DNA of 63,913 nucleotides, the filler included, from Reclinomonas americana ATCC 50394 (taxonomy: Eukaryota), in NCBI GenBank assembly GCA_048213135.1. It is 13 parts of 13 records of this genome, joined end to end, with 100 filler letters (N's around TTAATTAATTAA, not from the genome) between each part and the next. Parts side by side here need not be neighbours in the genome. Positions count along the whole stretch, not along the records: positions 1 to 6,941 come from AFZH01017816.1; positions 7,042 to 17,458 come from AFZH01017817.1; 11 more parts are not named here. One strand, given 5' to 3'. Made by a program: the position numbers and the translations under genes. Under the pieces are notes generated by a model. That model was not told where the DNA came from and made no database searches. It saw only the letters and a program-made list of their open reading frames with translations. Within the stretch, counting starts at the first letter, position 1. Each line of letters opens with the position of its first letter. Shown here one piece after another: positions 1 to 11,659 of the stretch.

Positions 1-91
1 GTTCGTCGACTTAGTTCGACTAGTCGGACGGACGGAACGTAGTTCGTACGACCGACTACTAACCCAAACCAACTAATAGTCGACAACACTA

Positions 92-135
<44 letters not shown>

Positions 136-1206
136 CTGATTCCGTGTGCGTGCGTACAAGAGACTGTAATACTGAGCGACAGTCCTCGTATTCACGACAG
201 CGAACGCCTTTTTCTCTGCAGTGTCTGGGCGCATGAGCGACAAGATAGCTGAGAGACAGTCCCCGCATGAGCCACTAAGCACTTCTCTGCGACTGCAAAC
301 GCCCCTCTCTGTCACTCTCTCAAATGTGTCCCCACACAGCTGAGAGAAGAGTACTCGCATGTCGACAGTAAGTGGCTCTCTGCGACTACAAACGCCTATC
401 GCTCCCTCCCTCTCTCTCCCTCCCTCTCTGTCTCTCTGTCTCTCTCCATGTGTCTGTGCGCACGTGGCTGACTCAACGTCCCGCCGCTGCGCCCTCCCAT
501 GACGCTCCCTGTGCACGCGACCAAGTCGAAGACGAAGAAGTAAAAGGCGCACTCGGAGGTGCCGGAGCAGTCGGCATCGCTGGCACCGGTCGATATCGAG
601 AGAAGCCTGAGCAGAGAAAGAGTGAGAGAAAGACAGAGCATTGATCATCAATCACTTCAATCAATGCACTACGCACACAAAAAGAACACACACACATACA
701 CACACACATACACACACACACACACACACACAAGAGAATGCATATCTCTCTCTCTCTCTTGCAGGACTCACAGTGAACACACGCTCTCACAGTATTTATC
801 TCTCTCTGTTATTGCTGTTGATGTTGTTGCTTGCACTCAACTCTCTGGCAACTTGCTGAACAACCACTCTCTCAGCGTGACTGAGCTCGACAAGCCGCGA
901 ACTTGCAATTGTTGATGTGTGCGACCAAGCATTTGCTGAAACCACATTCTTCTCACTTACTCACTCCACTCGCTGTGAGAAAGAGAAAGAGGGAGGGATA
1001 ACACCGGATCACTCACACACTGAGAAAAGGAGGCAGATGGAGTTCTGAGGCCGCCGGACACGCGACGTTTGGATGTATGTGGATGAGGTGCTGAGAGATG
1101 ATTCGGTGCTGTCATTGACGCGAGTATGGCGGGTGAGTGGGCAAGGCGGAGGAGTAATGTCGCAGAAGGAGTAAGGGTAACAATCGCATCTTCATTGATT
1201 TTTCCT

Positions 1207-4200
1207 TCAAACATCAAGGGCGTCGGTAAAGTCGGGCAACACTGGGCCGATGATGCGCTCCACCAGCCCGCGAGTGCCTCGACGCATGAGATAGATTGAG
1301 CTGCCCGACACGCGAGCAGTGTACGAAGCGCCATATGCCATACAGCCAACAGTGACCACTCGGCCCGATTCAGGACTCACAAGGTCCGCCTGCTCGTCAA
1401 GGGGCACTTCTTCGCCATTGGCCAGTGACCACACACGAACAGAGCAGTCAATGCTCCCGCACACAATGTACTGACTGTCGGGAGAAACACCGACTGACAT
1501 TATCATGCCAGTGTGTCCCTCCGACCGCCGCACCTCTTCTCCACACTCTAGCGACCACACGCGCACTGTCTGGTCCTGACTCCCACTGACAATGTACTGA
1601 CCATTGGGGGTGACGACGACCGATCGCACCCAATTGTCGTGCCCCACCAATCGCAATACTTCATATCCATTCGACAGCGACCACACACGTACTGTTCCGT
1701 CGTTACTGCAACTCACGATATGCTGACCATCGGGGGTGACAGCGACTGAGTTCACCCAGCCAGTGTGTCCCTCCAACCGCCGTACTTCCGCTCCACTCGT
1801 CAGCGACCACACTCGCACCGTCAAATCATCACTGCCACTGACAATGAATTGCCCATCGGGAGTGACGGTTACAGAGTTCACCTCTGCAGTGTGTCCGTCC
1901 AACCGAAGTACTTCTTCTCCAGTCACCGGTGACCACACCCGCACTGAGTTGTCTTCGCCTCCTCTAACAACGAGCTGAACATTTTGAGCGAAAAAGAAAG
2001 CTGCACCACCGGGGCACTGCTCGCCAATTTTCCACAGTTCCTCACCGGTCGTCAAGCGCCACCTCCGCACCGTCCCGTCGGTACCTACACTCACAACGTG
2101 CTGATCATCGGGGGTGAGCACGACCGAATGGATCCATCCAGTGTGTCCTCCCAACCGACGTATCTCCTCTGCATCCCCCGCTAAACTCCACATTCGAACA
2201 GTGCTGTCTGCACTCCCACTGACCACATGCCGACCATCGAAAGTGGTGGCGACAGACAATACAGCATCAGTGTGACCCTCCAACCGTTTCACTTCTTCTC
2301 CACTCACCAGTGACCACATCCGCAGTGTCCTGTCCCAACTCCCACTGATAATGTGCTGCCCATCTGGTGTAATGGCAATAGTCGTCACTGCAGCAGTGTG
2401 TCCACTCAGCCGTAGCACCTCTGCGCCACTCGCCAGTGACCACACTAGCACTGACTTGTCCTTGCCTCCACTCACAATGTGCTGACCATCGAGAGTTATG
2501 GCGACAGAGTACACTTCGTCGTAGTGTCCCTCCAACCGCTGCACCTCATCGCCACTCAACAATGACCACACTCGCACAGTAGAATCCTCACTCCCGCTGA
2601 CAACGTGCAGACAATCAGGAGTGACGGCGACAGAGCACACTGCACCAGTATGACCCACCAACAGTCGCACTTCTTCTCCAGTTACAAGAGACCACACGCG
2701 CAACGTCGCATCCCCGCTCCCACTCACAACATGTTGACTGTCGAAAGTGACAGCCACGGATTTCACATCATCACTGTGACCTTCCATACATCGCACCTCT
2801 TCTCCACTCGTCAAACACCACACTCGCACGGTCTTGTCATGACTGCCACTAACGACGTACTCGCCTTTGGGTGTAAAGGCTACAGAAATGATCCCTCCTA
2901 AATGTCCCTCGAACTGCCACAGTTCTTCACCGCTCGCCAGCGACCACACCCGCAACGTGCAGTCCACACCCCCGCTGACAATCTGCTGATCACAAGGAGC
3001 GACAGCGACAGAGAAAACTGCGCCAGCGTGCCCCTCCATCGGCTCCCTCGGCCACGTCACTTCCGTCACATCCGCCCCTCTGAAATCCGCCTCCCTCGCA
3101 TACGCCATGCACAAATTCACTCCTCGCAAATCGGCACCCCTCCACACCGTCCTATGCATCACCGCGTCCCTCAAATCCGCACCCCTCAATCGCACACCCG
3201 ACAGATCTCGCCCACTGAACGATACTTGTGCCACACACAACACCGTCGCGGCATTCGCCGCGGCCGTCACCACTCGCTCTTCGTCCACATCTCGTGACAA
3301 TCCTATCACCTCCCACAGTCTTGCTTGCAACGCAGGAGACCGTCGCACCACCTCGGCCATCTGCTCCACCAACGATGGTCTGTCATTCAGCAGTCGCATT
3401 GCCAGCACATGCTGCCGCACATCTTCCATCGTCAACTTTCTCTCCTCATCCCACGTCTCCCACGCAAACACATGCCGCGCCACACAGTGCTCCAGCAACG
3501 ACAGATGCACGAATCCCCACTGCGTTGTCCCATACCGTCGCACAATCGGACAGCACACTCGCACATGCTGGTTCTTGTGACCGAGGAACTTGTCGAACGG
3601 ACCCTCTTCCACTCTTCGAATATCAAGTGGCGCACCGCCAAAATCATCCTCCTCATCACCTAACCGACTCTCCATCACAGACACACGCACAACATTCCTC
3701 TCATGCATGAACCGAGCCAGTCCCTCGCAGAAGGAGAGACACGTCTCCTCACTCGGCACACGCTCTGCACCAAGACGCGTCTGTCTCTCCTGCTCCCTCA
3801 AAATCCACTGTCGAATGAATCGGTCAAACGCATCACGCCGAGTCGGTCGCTGCACACCACTCGCAACCAACTGCGGCAACACGCGAGCCACCACTGCCAG
3901 CAGGAATGGATTCGACACCAGTGCATCCAGTCCATGCACACTCTGCAGTGCACGAATGTACTCCTCGGCAGTCGACCATCGCACGTCACCGTCATCATCA
4001 TCACCGCCCACTTGCACCAGTCGCTCAAAGTACTCTTCAATCTGCTCCTTGTTGAACGGTGCAATGTGTCGCTCCATCAACTGCTGCATGCACAACTGTC
4101 CTCGTGCATCCACTGGCGCAAACAGCCTTCGATACTGTGTCGCACCACCCAACGCCGTCAGTGCATAATCACCTCGACAGGTGATAATCACCTTCACATC

Positions 4201-5859
4201 GCGACACACATCCAACTGATTCTTGACAAACAGATTCACACCACGGTACAACTCGTCATACCCGTCCAGCAACAACAACAGTGGTTCCTCCTTCAACCGT
4301 CGCACATCCGACTCCAATCCCAACTCGGGTGACAATCGCTCCAGTGCCTCCACCAACAATCGCTCATCGGCATTGCGCAGTGCACCGAGAGGCACACGCA
4401 CAGGCACTCGTCTGCTTTCTCTCGTCTGCCACTGTCGCCACGCTCGCTCGGCTAGCACCGACATTGTGGTGGTCTTGCCGGCCCCGCTGTTGCCAAAGAG
4501 TACCAGCACACGCTGCATCGTGTTGGAGTCGGAGAGGAAAGCATCAACCTCTGTGGACAAATCCGTCATCTTGTCTCGCGACGAAACATCACGATCACGT
4601 GAGCATTGCAGTGGCACATACATCTGCATGTCCTTGTGCACACTCTCATCGTGCTGGTAGAATGAGAGCTCACGTACAGCCAGTCGCTGCAGTCGCTCCT
4701 CAAAAGTGCTGACGGTTAGCTGCACGGAACGTGCCTCTCGGACACGAGCAGAGAATCGCGCAAGCTCGTCAGCCGTCAACTGCAGTCGGGAGAGAATGGA
4801 GAGGAACACACCAACGTCACCGAGGTACTGCTGCACAGTGGAATCCGTCAGCGGCAGCTCATCGTGTTTCAGCTTGTTCCTGACGCTGTGCAGCTCCTCG
4901 ACCGCCTTTCGTTCAACGACATCGTCAATCAGCAGCAGCTTGCGACCGTCATCAAGCACAAAGCCACCATACTGCATGATGGCATGCAGCGCCGTCGTGT
5001 CGAGTCCGGAACACGACGGGTCGGACGAGGGGTCGGCGTCAAATGCAGCACGCCAGGCCACAACCACCGGCTGCTTTTCTTTGAATAGTGCAACTCGCAC
5101 AGAATGAAGCGGTGCGTGGCGATCACGCCACGCCTTCACAGCCACTACATCCATGCCAGCAGGCGTGAAACTCGGCACCCACGCTCGCACATCAAAGTCG
5201 AGATGATCCCGACTAAACTGTGCCAGTGCGCGTTGACAGCGCAGACGCACGGCCTCCTCCACCACCTCGAAGGCCATGTTGATGCGCTGTGAGTTAATCA
5301 TGCTGTGCGTGTACACACACAAACGCAGTCAGCACAGATTCACACACAGTGAAGAACAAGGAAAGGAGAGGAGGATGACGACGGCAAGCAAAACAAACCG
5401 AGTCACTCGCTCCGAGTTGCTGTGCGAAGACATGAGAGTGAGCTGCATGTTGCGCAGAGAGATGATGCACTCACATCCCAGACACACCTTGCATCCGCAC
5501 TCCCACTCCCTCCACTCGACTGCAGCGCCACGCGAACGTTCACACGGACGATGAGATGCGTGGATGAGTTGATTCCGAGTGTCCTAAGCTTTGTCACCGG
5601 GGCGTCTTCCAGCTCGTATTCTGCTGGCCTCTCCACCCCCACAATCTCCATCGCCCCATCTCCACTCTTCTCACGCATCAAGCGTGTGGCCTCGTGCAGC
5701 AAGCCCGCGAGAGTGGACACGGCCGACATGCCCTCCACCACCACCGACAGCGACGAATCGTGTGCCGCACTCACATTCACAGAGAACTTTGACACACACA
5801 CAAGTGCAGTGAGCACACAACAACAAAGGGAAGAGACAGGAAAAGCACACCGACAAACA

Positions 5860-5893
<34 letters not shown>

Positions 5894-5919
5894 ATGCACA
5901 CAAAAACACACACCGACAT
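1207..5919 (-). CDS. NLR-like STAND protein: ubiquitin-like domain, HEPN-like domain, NACHT NTPase, pentapeptide repeats and about 13-14 WD40 repeats. Exons 5919-5914, 5786-5488, 5419-5399, 5302-1207.
   Basis: Walker A GNSGAGKT (4471-4494); Walker B LLLLLDGYDE (about 4252-4281); Rx4H motif RNKLKH (4864-4881); pentapeptide run FSGRDLSGVRLRGADLRDAVM...ADFRGADV; 42-aa GH...W repeats at about 1400-3045. Three GT-AG introns join in consistent phase (0,2,2), adding an N-terminal beta-grasp-like segment MSFSVNV...KLRTLGINSSTHLIVRV. Confidence 0.92.
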
Positions 5920-6196
5920 CGTTGTGTGCGTGTGTCAGTTCTCCGCCAGAGTTTTCTCGTCACAATTGGAATGCAATTTCCCGCGCAGGTCTTTCGGAAG
6001 TCCTTCCATGATCAACCAAGCCGCAGCGGGAAGAGAAAACAGGTGCCGGTGCAAGCGTCTCACATGCCACATCAACTTCATTCACATTACCACCCTCCCT
6101 CAATGCATGCTGAACCACCCCAAAAACGGCTTTCGCGCCCCACCCTTCTTCCCCTTCTTCTTCTCCCCCGATGATCCCGCCGCGCTACCCGCCGCC

Positions 6197-8204
6197 TCAC
6201 CCTCCCCCTCCCCCCTCTCCCTCCTCCTCCCCCACCACCACCTCCCCCGCCGTCAGCCGCCGCAACACCGCCAACTCCCGATCCACCACCTGGTTCGTGT
6301 ACGCATACCGCCAGTCCGCCTTGCGCTCCTCCACCGCCGCACACAATCGCTCCACCACCGCCGCCGGCTCCGCCGACATGCTCACGTAGAACACCAGCTG
6401 TCGCCACGCATACGCCAGGTTCTTGCGCACCCGTAGATTCGCATGGCTCGCCGACAGCGGCTGCTGCCGCATCCACCGCCCAGTCGTCACCGCCAGCTGC
6501 TCCATCTCCACCGGTACACGCAGCAGCGGCAGCAGCACCAGGTTGTGCGTCGTCAGCACCTGGCAGCACTCGATCGTGCGCCCATTCGCCACCACCCACT
6601 TGGGCTCACGCTCGCCCTTCACCATCGCCCGCTGTGCCATGCTCTCGCACGCGCGCAGCAACTCGCCCGGCGACGGCGGCTGATTCGTCCACGCCGCCAG
6701 CACCTCGCTGATGCCAAAGTACTCGGCGTACACGCTGCGCGGTCGCACGTGCGTGGCGGTGAGGTGTGCCGCCACACAAAACGCCTCCGAGAACTGGCCC
6801 ATGAAAATGTCGGCCGCCAGCTCCGACAGCACCGGGAAGTAGTCGGCGTCGGTCGGGCGCCGGTTCGGCCGCAGCAGGTTGACGCACTGCTGCATCACCG
6901 CGTTGACCATTGTGTTGGGCATCAGCGTCTGCGGGAAGGCGNNNNNNNNNNNNNNNNNNNNNNNNNNNNNNNNNNNNNNNNNNNNTTAATTAATTAANNN
7001 NNNNNNNNNNNNNNNNNNNNNNNNNNNNNNNNNNNNNNNNNTGGTCCGAGCTCTGCACCAAGCCGCGCTCCACAAAGTGCGCCGGCGTGTCCAACACCAC
7101 ACGCTCCGCCAGCTGCACAAACACCGCCGAGTCGCCCTCCCGCACCAGCTGCTCCAGTCGCTCCACACCGCCATGCATGCGCCCGCGCAGCTGCTCGCTG
7201 CCCTGCACGCGCTGAATCAACGCCTCGTGATCCATCAGTCGCATCTGTCGCAGCTGCGTGGCGTACAACTCCGCACGCCGCTCGCGCGCCTCCGCATCCA
7301 TACCATACTTGCGCAGCGATGCACGCACAATCTCCCTGTTGCACCGGCCGTGCCGATCGCCCAACTTCTCCTTGAGGAATGCCAGCAGGTGCTTCAACGA
7401 GCTGCGCGCACGCTGACGACCACCGCGCGGCAACAACCGCTCCACCTCGCGCACCGCTGCCTCGGCGCGTTGCCGGTACTCGTCCGTCATCACAAACTCG
7501 TCTGCGGCCTCGGCCACCAGCTCCACCACCTGCAGCTTCAGTGGCGCCACTGCGCGCAAAAAGTGCTCGTGGCGACACTTGAGCGACGACTCGTAGCGCT
7601 CCTTCTTGCGCTCCAGTGTGCGCACGAGGTTGCCGAGAGTCAGCAGACACGTGCGCGTCGGCATCTCCATCACCTGCTGCTCAGCTGCTGCCGGTGGCAC
7701 AAACTGCAGTCGATCCATCAGCGGCGCAATGGCCATCATCACACGCTGTGCGGCCTCGGTGTCGCCCTGCTCCAGCAGCCACACATACGCCATCAGCGCG
7801 CCATGCTCGGCGTGCACCAAGCGGTAGCGCCCACTGTGCAGCAGCTCAGTCACGCGCGGCAGCTGCTCCAGCTGATTGTGTCCGGCGTGGCGGTCGCCGC
7901 GCGCGGCCAGTGCATTGCCCGAGGCGAATCCGCCCTGCAGCACCTCCAGCGTCACCCACTCGGGGAATCCCTGCACGGGGGCGCGCTGGCCAATGGAGAC
8001 CTCGCCGGCGGCCATGCGTGTGTAGGCCTGCAGGTAGCGGTCCAGTTTGGCGCGAAATGCGGCCTGGGCGGCGTTGGAGGAGCCGGCGGCGCGCATGCGT
8101 TCCATGAGGTGGAGGAGGTAGGTGGGGTTGCCGAGGAGCGTGGCTTCGTTGATGTCGTCGTCGTCATCCGAGTTGGGGATGGGGGGTGCGTCGCGCTCGG
8201 CCAT
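6197..8204 (-). CDS. Intronless uncharacterised protein resembling a bacterial hypothetical family, interrupted by an assembly gap
   Basis: Two long GC-rich, intron-free ORF halves on the same strand flank gap 6942-7041. Motifs PEWVTLEVLQGGFASG, AFPQTLMPN, ELAADIFMGQFS, NGRTIECCQVLTTHNL and KNLAYAWRQLVFY. Resemblance to actinobacterial/myxobacterial proteins is from recollection only. Confidence 0.75.
6942..7041. other. Artificial 100-nt scaffold spacer. Others start at 17459, 20023, 23143, 30314, 33721, 35801, 52443, 55407, 58606, 59899 and 62513.
   Basis: Identical N44-TTAATTAATTAA-N44 at every gap; the insert places stop codons in all six frames. Confidence 0.98.
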
Positions 8205-8579
8205 GATGGTGTGGGGGAAAATGTGATAAGGAGAGGTCGGTTAGATGGGTTATTTGTGGGTTTTTTGTGGGGCAGATGCAGTGACCGGAAAAGGGTCTCG
8301 TGTACCGTCTGTATTCGACAAGTCGGACGGTTGAGGTGGCCCATAACACCGCTGCATGGCAACAGAACTGCGCAAACAAGAGGCAAGCCTGGTACCCAGA
8401 CTTGAAGGTGAGAAGGGCCAAGGCAAGCTCCTTCATCATTCTTCCAAAACATTCGACTTCGGGGCTGCCGCACTTCCTTCTCTTTTTTGTCGCTGTTACA
8501 GGCCAGAGACTCTAACAGCAAGCGTACAAGACGAAGAGATAGGAGGCATAGCATTGGGGAAACTGTTTCTACTCGCTCA

Positions 8580-8642
8580 GCAGCTGCTCGCTGCCCTGCA
8601 GACGCTGAATCAACGCCTCGTGATCCACCAGGCGTACAACTC
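8580..8642. repeat. Degenerate partial duplication of an internal piece (7187-7271) of the neighbouring gene
   Basis: gcagctgctcgctgccctgca..cgctgaatcaacgcctcgtgatcca.cag followed by gcgtacaactc is shared with 7187-7271, with an internal deletion of about 21 nt. Confidence 0.85.
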
Positions 8643-8747
8643 TGAACACTCTCTCGCACTCCACCACCAGAATCTCACAACAACACTTTCTTTTTCACTC
8701 TCATTTTCTGCACAACTTCCCTTCTCCCCTTCTGCCCCCTCCACCTC

Positions 8748-10257
8748 TCACGCCCGGAAATCCCACGTCAAATTCTTCTGCACCAACGGGGCACGGCGCA
8801 CCACCGTCATGAAATCGTTGAACGACACGCGGCCGACGGCATCCAAATCCGACTCCTGCATCACGCGCTCGACAATCACCTTGCGCTCCTCCACCGTCAG
8901 GATCTGCGCGCCAGGGGCGTCCATGTTGCCGGTGCTGGCCATCAGGTCCGACGGACCGCACAGCAAATCGACCAGCGCCTCAATGTCCTGCCGCGTGATG
9001 AAACCGCGCGCCGTGTCGTCGGCGCCCTTGGGCCGATCAAACACGCGGAACAGCAGCTCGGCCTTGGAGTCGAAAGTGGCGTCGGCGTGCAGGCTGTCGG
9101 CCATGTCGATGAAGCCGTCGAGGGTGAGGTAGACGCGCGTGTCGCGCACCTCGTCGTACGGCAGGCCGGAGAAGACGCGGAAGATGCGCTTGAGGAGGGG
9201 GGAGATGAGGCGGTTGTTGGCCCACATGTCGTTCTTTTGCCAGTCGCGGAACATGATGTAGGGTTCGTCCATTCCGAGGGGGTTCTGTGGAGGAGAAGGA
9301 AGGGGGGGGGGGGGGGGGGGAGGGATGAGAGGGGAAGGGGTGGGGGGAAAGGTGAAGAGGGGAGGGGGAATGATGGGAGAGGGGAAGAGGGTTTGAGTGA
9401 ACGAGAAAGAATGTGAAAGAATGTGATAGGGGGAGAAAGGGGATACAGGGGATACAGGGGATAAAGGGGGAGCAAGGGGGAGAAAGGGGGAAAGAGAAGT
9501 GGTGAAGTACGTCAAGTGAAAGAACTACGGTGAGAGAGCGATTCAGAGTATGCAACAGAGAAGAACGGAGAAACGGAGGGAAGGAAAAGCTGTGCATCCA
9601 GCGAGGAGGAAGGAAGACGTATGGAAAGGAGAAGCTCGCGCGAGTGAAGGAGAGTCAGAAGGATTGTTGGACCATGCGACAGAGTGACACAGGGTACAGA
9701 AGGGAAGGTGGTAAACCGAGCGAGAAGAAAGAGGAGCAGAGAGCAGAGAAGGAGAAGTTCGTGAGTAAACGAGAGTCAGATGGAGTGTCGGACCAAGCGA
9801 CAGAGTGGCACAGGGTACAGAAGGGAAGGTGGCGGCGCATCAAGAGAAGAGGAAGACGAGCGCATTGGACACAGAGAGAACTGAGTGCAAGCGAGAGGCT
9901 GGTTCAGTGTGCGACAAAGGAACAGAACAGCAGACTGGTGAAAATGAAAGAAGCTGAGTGCGTATGAACGAGGAGATGGAGTTCAGAGCGTGTGACGGTG
10001 TGATGCAGAGTTTTGTGCAGGGAAGAGAAGGACAATCGATGAAAACTGGCTTACATGAAGTGAGTAAAAGATGAAAAGAACTGAGAGCGAGATAGCTGAG
10101 GGGAGCGAGAAGAAAAAGAGAAGAGGACACGTCCATAAGCACGTAAACGGGAAAAGAAGAGAGTGGGAATCATGCACTAAATGACGGGCAACAAAGACAG
10201 CGCGTGCCGTGAAGATCACCAGATGAGATCACGGCGAATCAGTTGTCCGACGAGGGG

Positions 10258-10334
<77 letters not shown>

Positions 10335-10996
10335 TAGGTAGTAGAGACAATGGGTGAGTCAATTTTGTCAATCGAAGAGTGCGCGATTTCCCGCCCTCTT
10401 GCTGTACTGTACGTCTGTCTGCGTGACAGAGTACGTGGGCGAGTGAGAGACAGAGTGTGCCAGAGTGAGTGTGCGTGAGAAATGGAACTTGAGGGTGACA
10501 ATGACAGAGACAGAAGATTTCTGAGGGACAAGAGAGTGGGTGGCGACTAAGAGGGAGAGAGTGAGGGAGGGTGTGTGAGTGAGAGAGAGAGCTGAGTGGG
10601 AGAGAGAGTGTGTAAGACAGTGAATGACAGACAAGTGAGTGAGGGACAGTGAGTGAACGCCGACTGTGAGTGAGAAGGTGAGTGAGTGGGAGAGAGTACA
10701 AGAGAGTGAGAATGAGCGTGTGAGAGTGGAGTGAGAGAAGTGAGAGAGTGACATCCTTCTCTCACTTGTCCGGTTATCACTCTCTCTCTCTCTCACACGT
10801 TCTTATCCCCCTTATCCCTCTTCTCCCTCTCTTCCCTTCTCTCTCTCTCTCTCTCTCTCACCTGCTTTCTCCGCGACGAGGCAATGTTATAGAACTTCTT
10901 GGCCAAGTAGTGAATATCACGACGCGTCAGGTTGTGTGTCAGTGACATGTACATGTCGACTTCTTCAGGCGACAGATCAGAGGTGGCGGAGCCCAT
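8748..10996 (-). CDS. EF-hand calcium sensor of the CIB/calcineurin-B-like type. Exons 10996-10862 and 9284-8748.
   Basis: N-terminal MGSATS myristoylation-type motif, LSPEEVDMYMSLTHNLTRRDI, KAELLFRVFD...GFITRQDI and EF loop DLDAVGRVSFNDF. Phase-0 GT-AG intron of about 1.6 kb. Confidence 0.85.
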
Positions 10997-11659
10997 CTTA
11001 GCACTCTTTCTTCTCTTTTCTCACAAAACGCGTCAAGACGAGGAGACCGTTGACATTTGGCGCGGGACAACGGACACTTGGACGGTTGAAGTGTGACGTT
11101 GGTCTGTGGAAGATGGCCAAGTCCAATACAGGTATTGCAGCAGCACAAAGCACCAGTTTTAAAGGCAGCTGCAGGATTTCAGTGTGCCTTGCAGTTGTGG
11201 ATTCCTCTCCGTGCACCCTCGCCGCGTCAAGGGTCCTATTCGGCTCGCGATCGCTGCGGTATCACGAACCCAGCGTCAATTTGCGGTCTCTCCGCGTTCT
11301 GCCACTGCATCCTTACCCTGTTTACCTCGATCCTTGAGCCCTGAGATCCCCCTTCCAGTGACATTGCGCAACTGCGTCCTTGACTGTACACAATTGACCC
11401 GTGACACCCTTGTATCACTGTGCACGTGACCATTGTATCCACATCCTTGAACCTTGGGGTAGGAGAGAGAGAGAGAGGAAAGGGGGTTAGTGCATCACTT
11501 TCTTATTCTCATGAGTGCGGAAGAGAAGAAGAACTCGAAAGGCGCAGTTTTGCACCTTGCAGCAACGGCGTCCACCACCACCAGCGAGATGGCACTCCCA
11601 GTCACCATCTTCTGTAGGCACGGCTCCACCATGATTCTCTCAAAACTTCTCCGCCATCT

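Noticed and set aside
1..95. Odd gttcgtcgacttagttcgactag... leader as a telomere or regulatory element
   Set aside because: Non-periodic and at the window edge; looks like low-quality read-end sequence.
73..1200. Possible minus-strand exons downstream of the NLR
   Set aside because: No recognisable protein motif and no consistent spliced frame could be built.
2902..5107. Many overlapping plus-strand ORFs opposite the NLR
   Set aside because: Antisense shadows of GC-rich coding sequence.
6942..7041. Recurrent TTAATTAATTAA palindrome at 12 sites as a biological repeat
   Set aside because: Always centred in identical N padding; it is an assembly linker.
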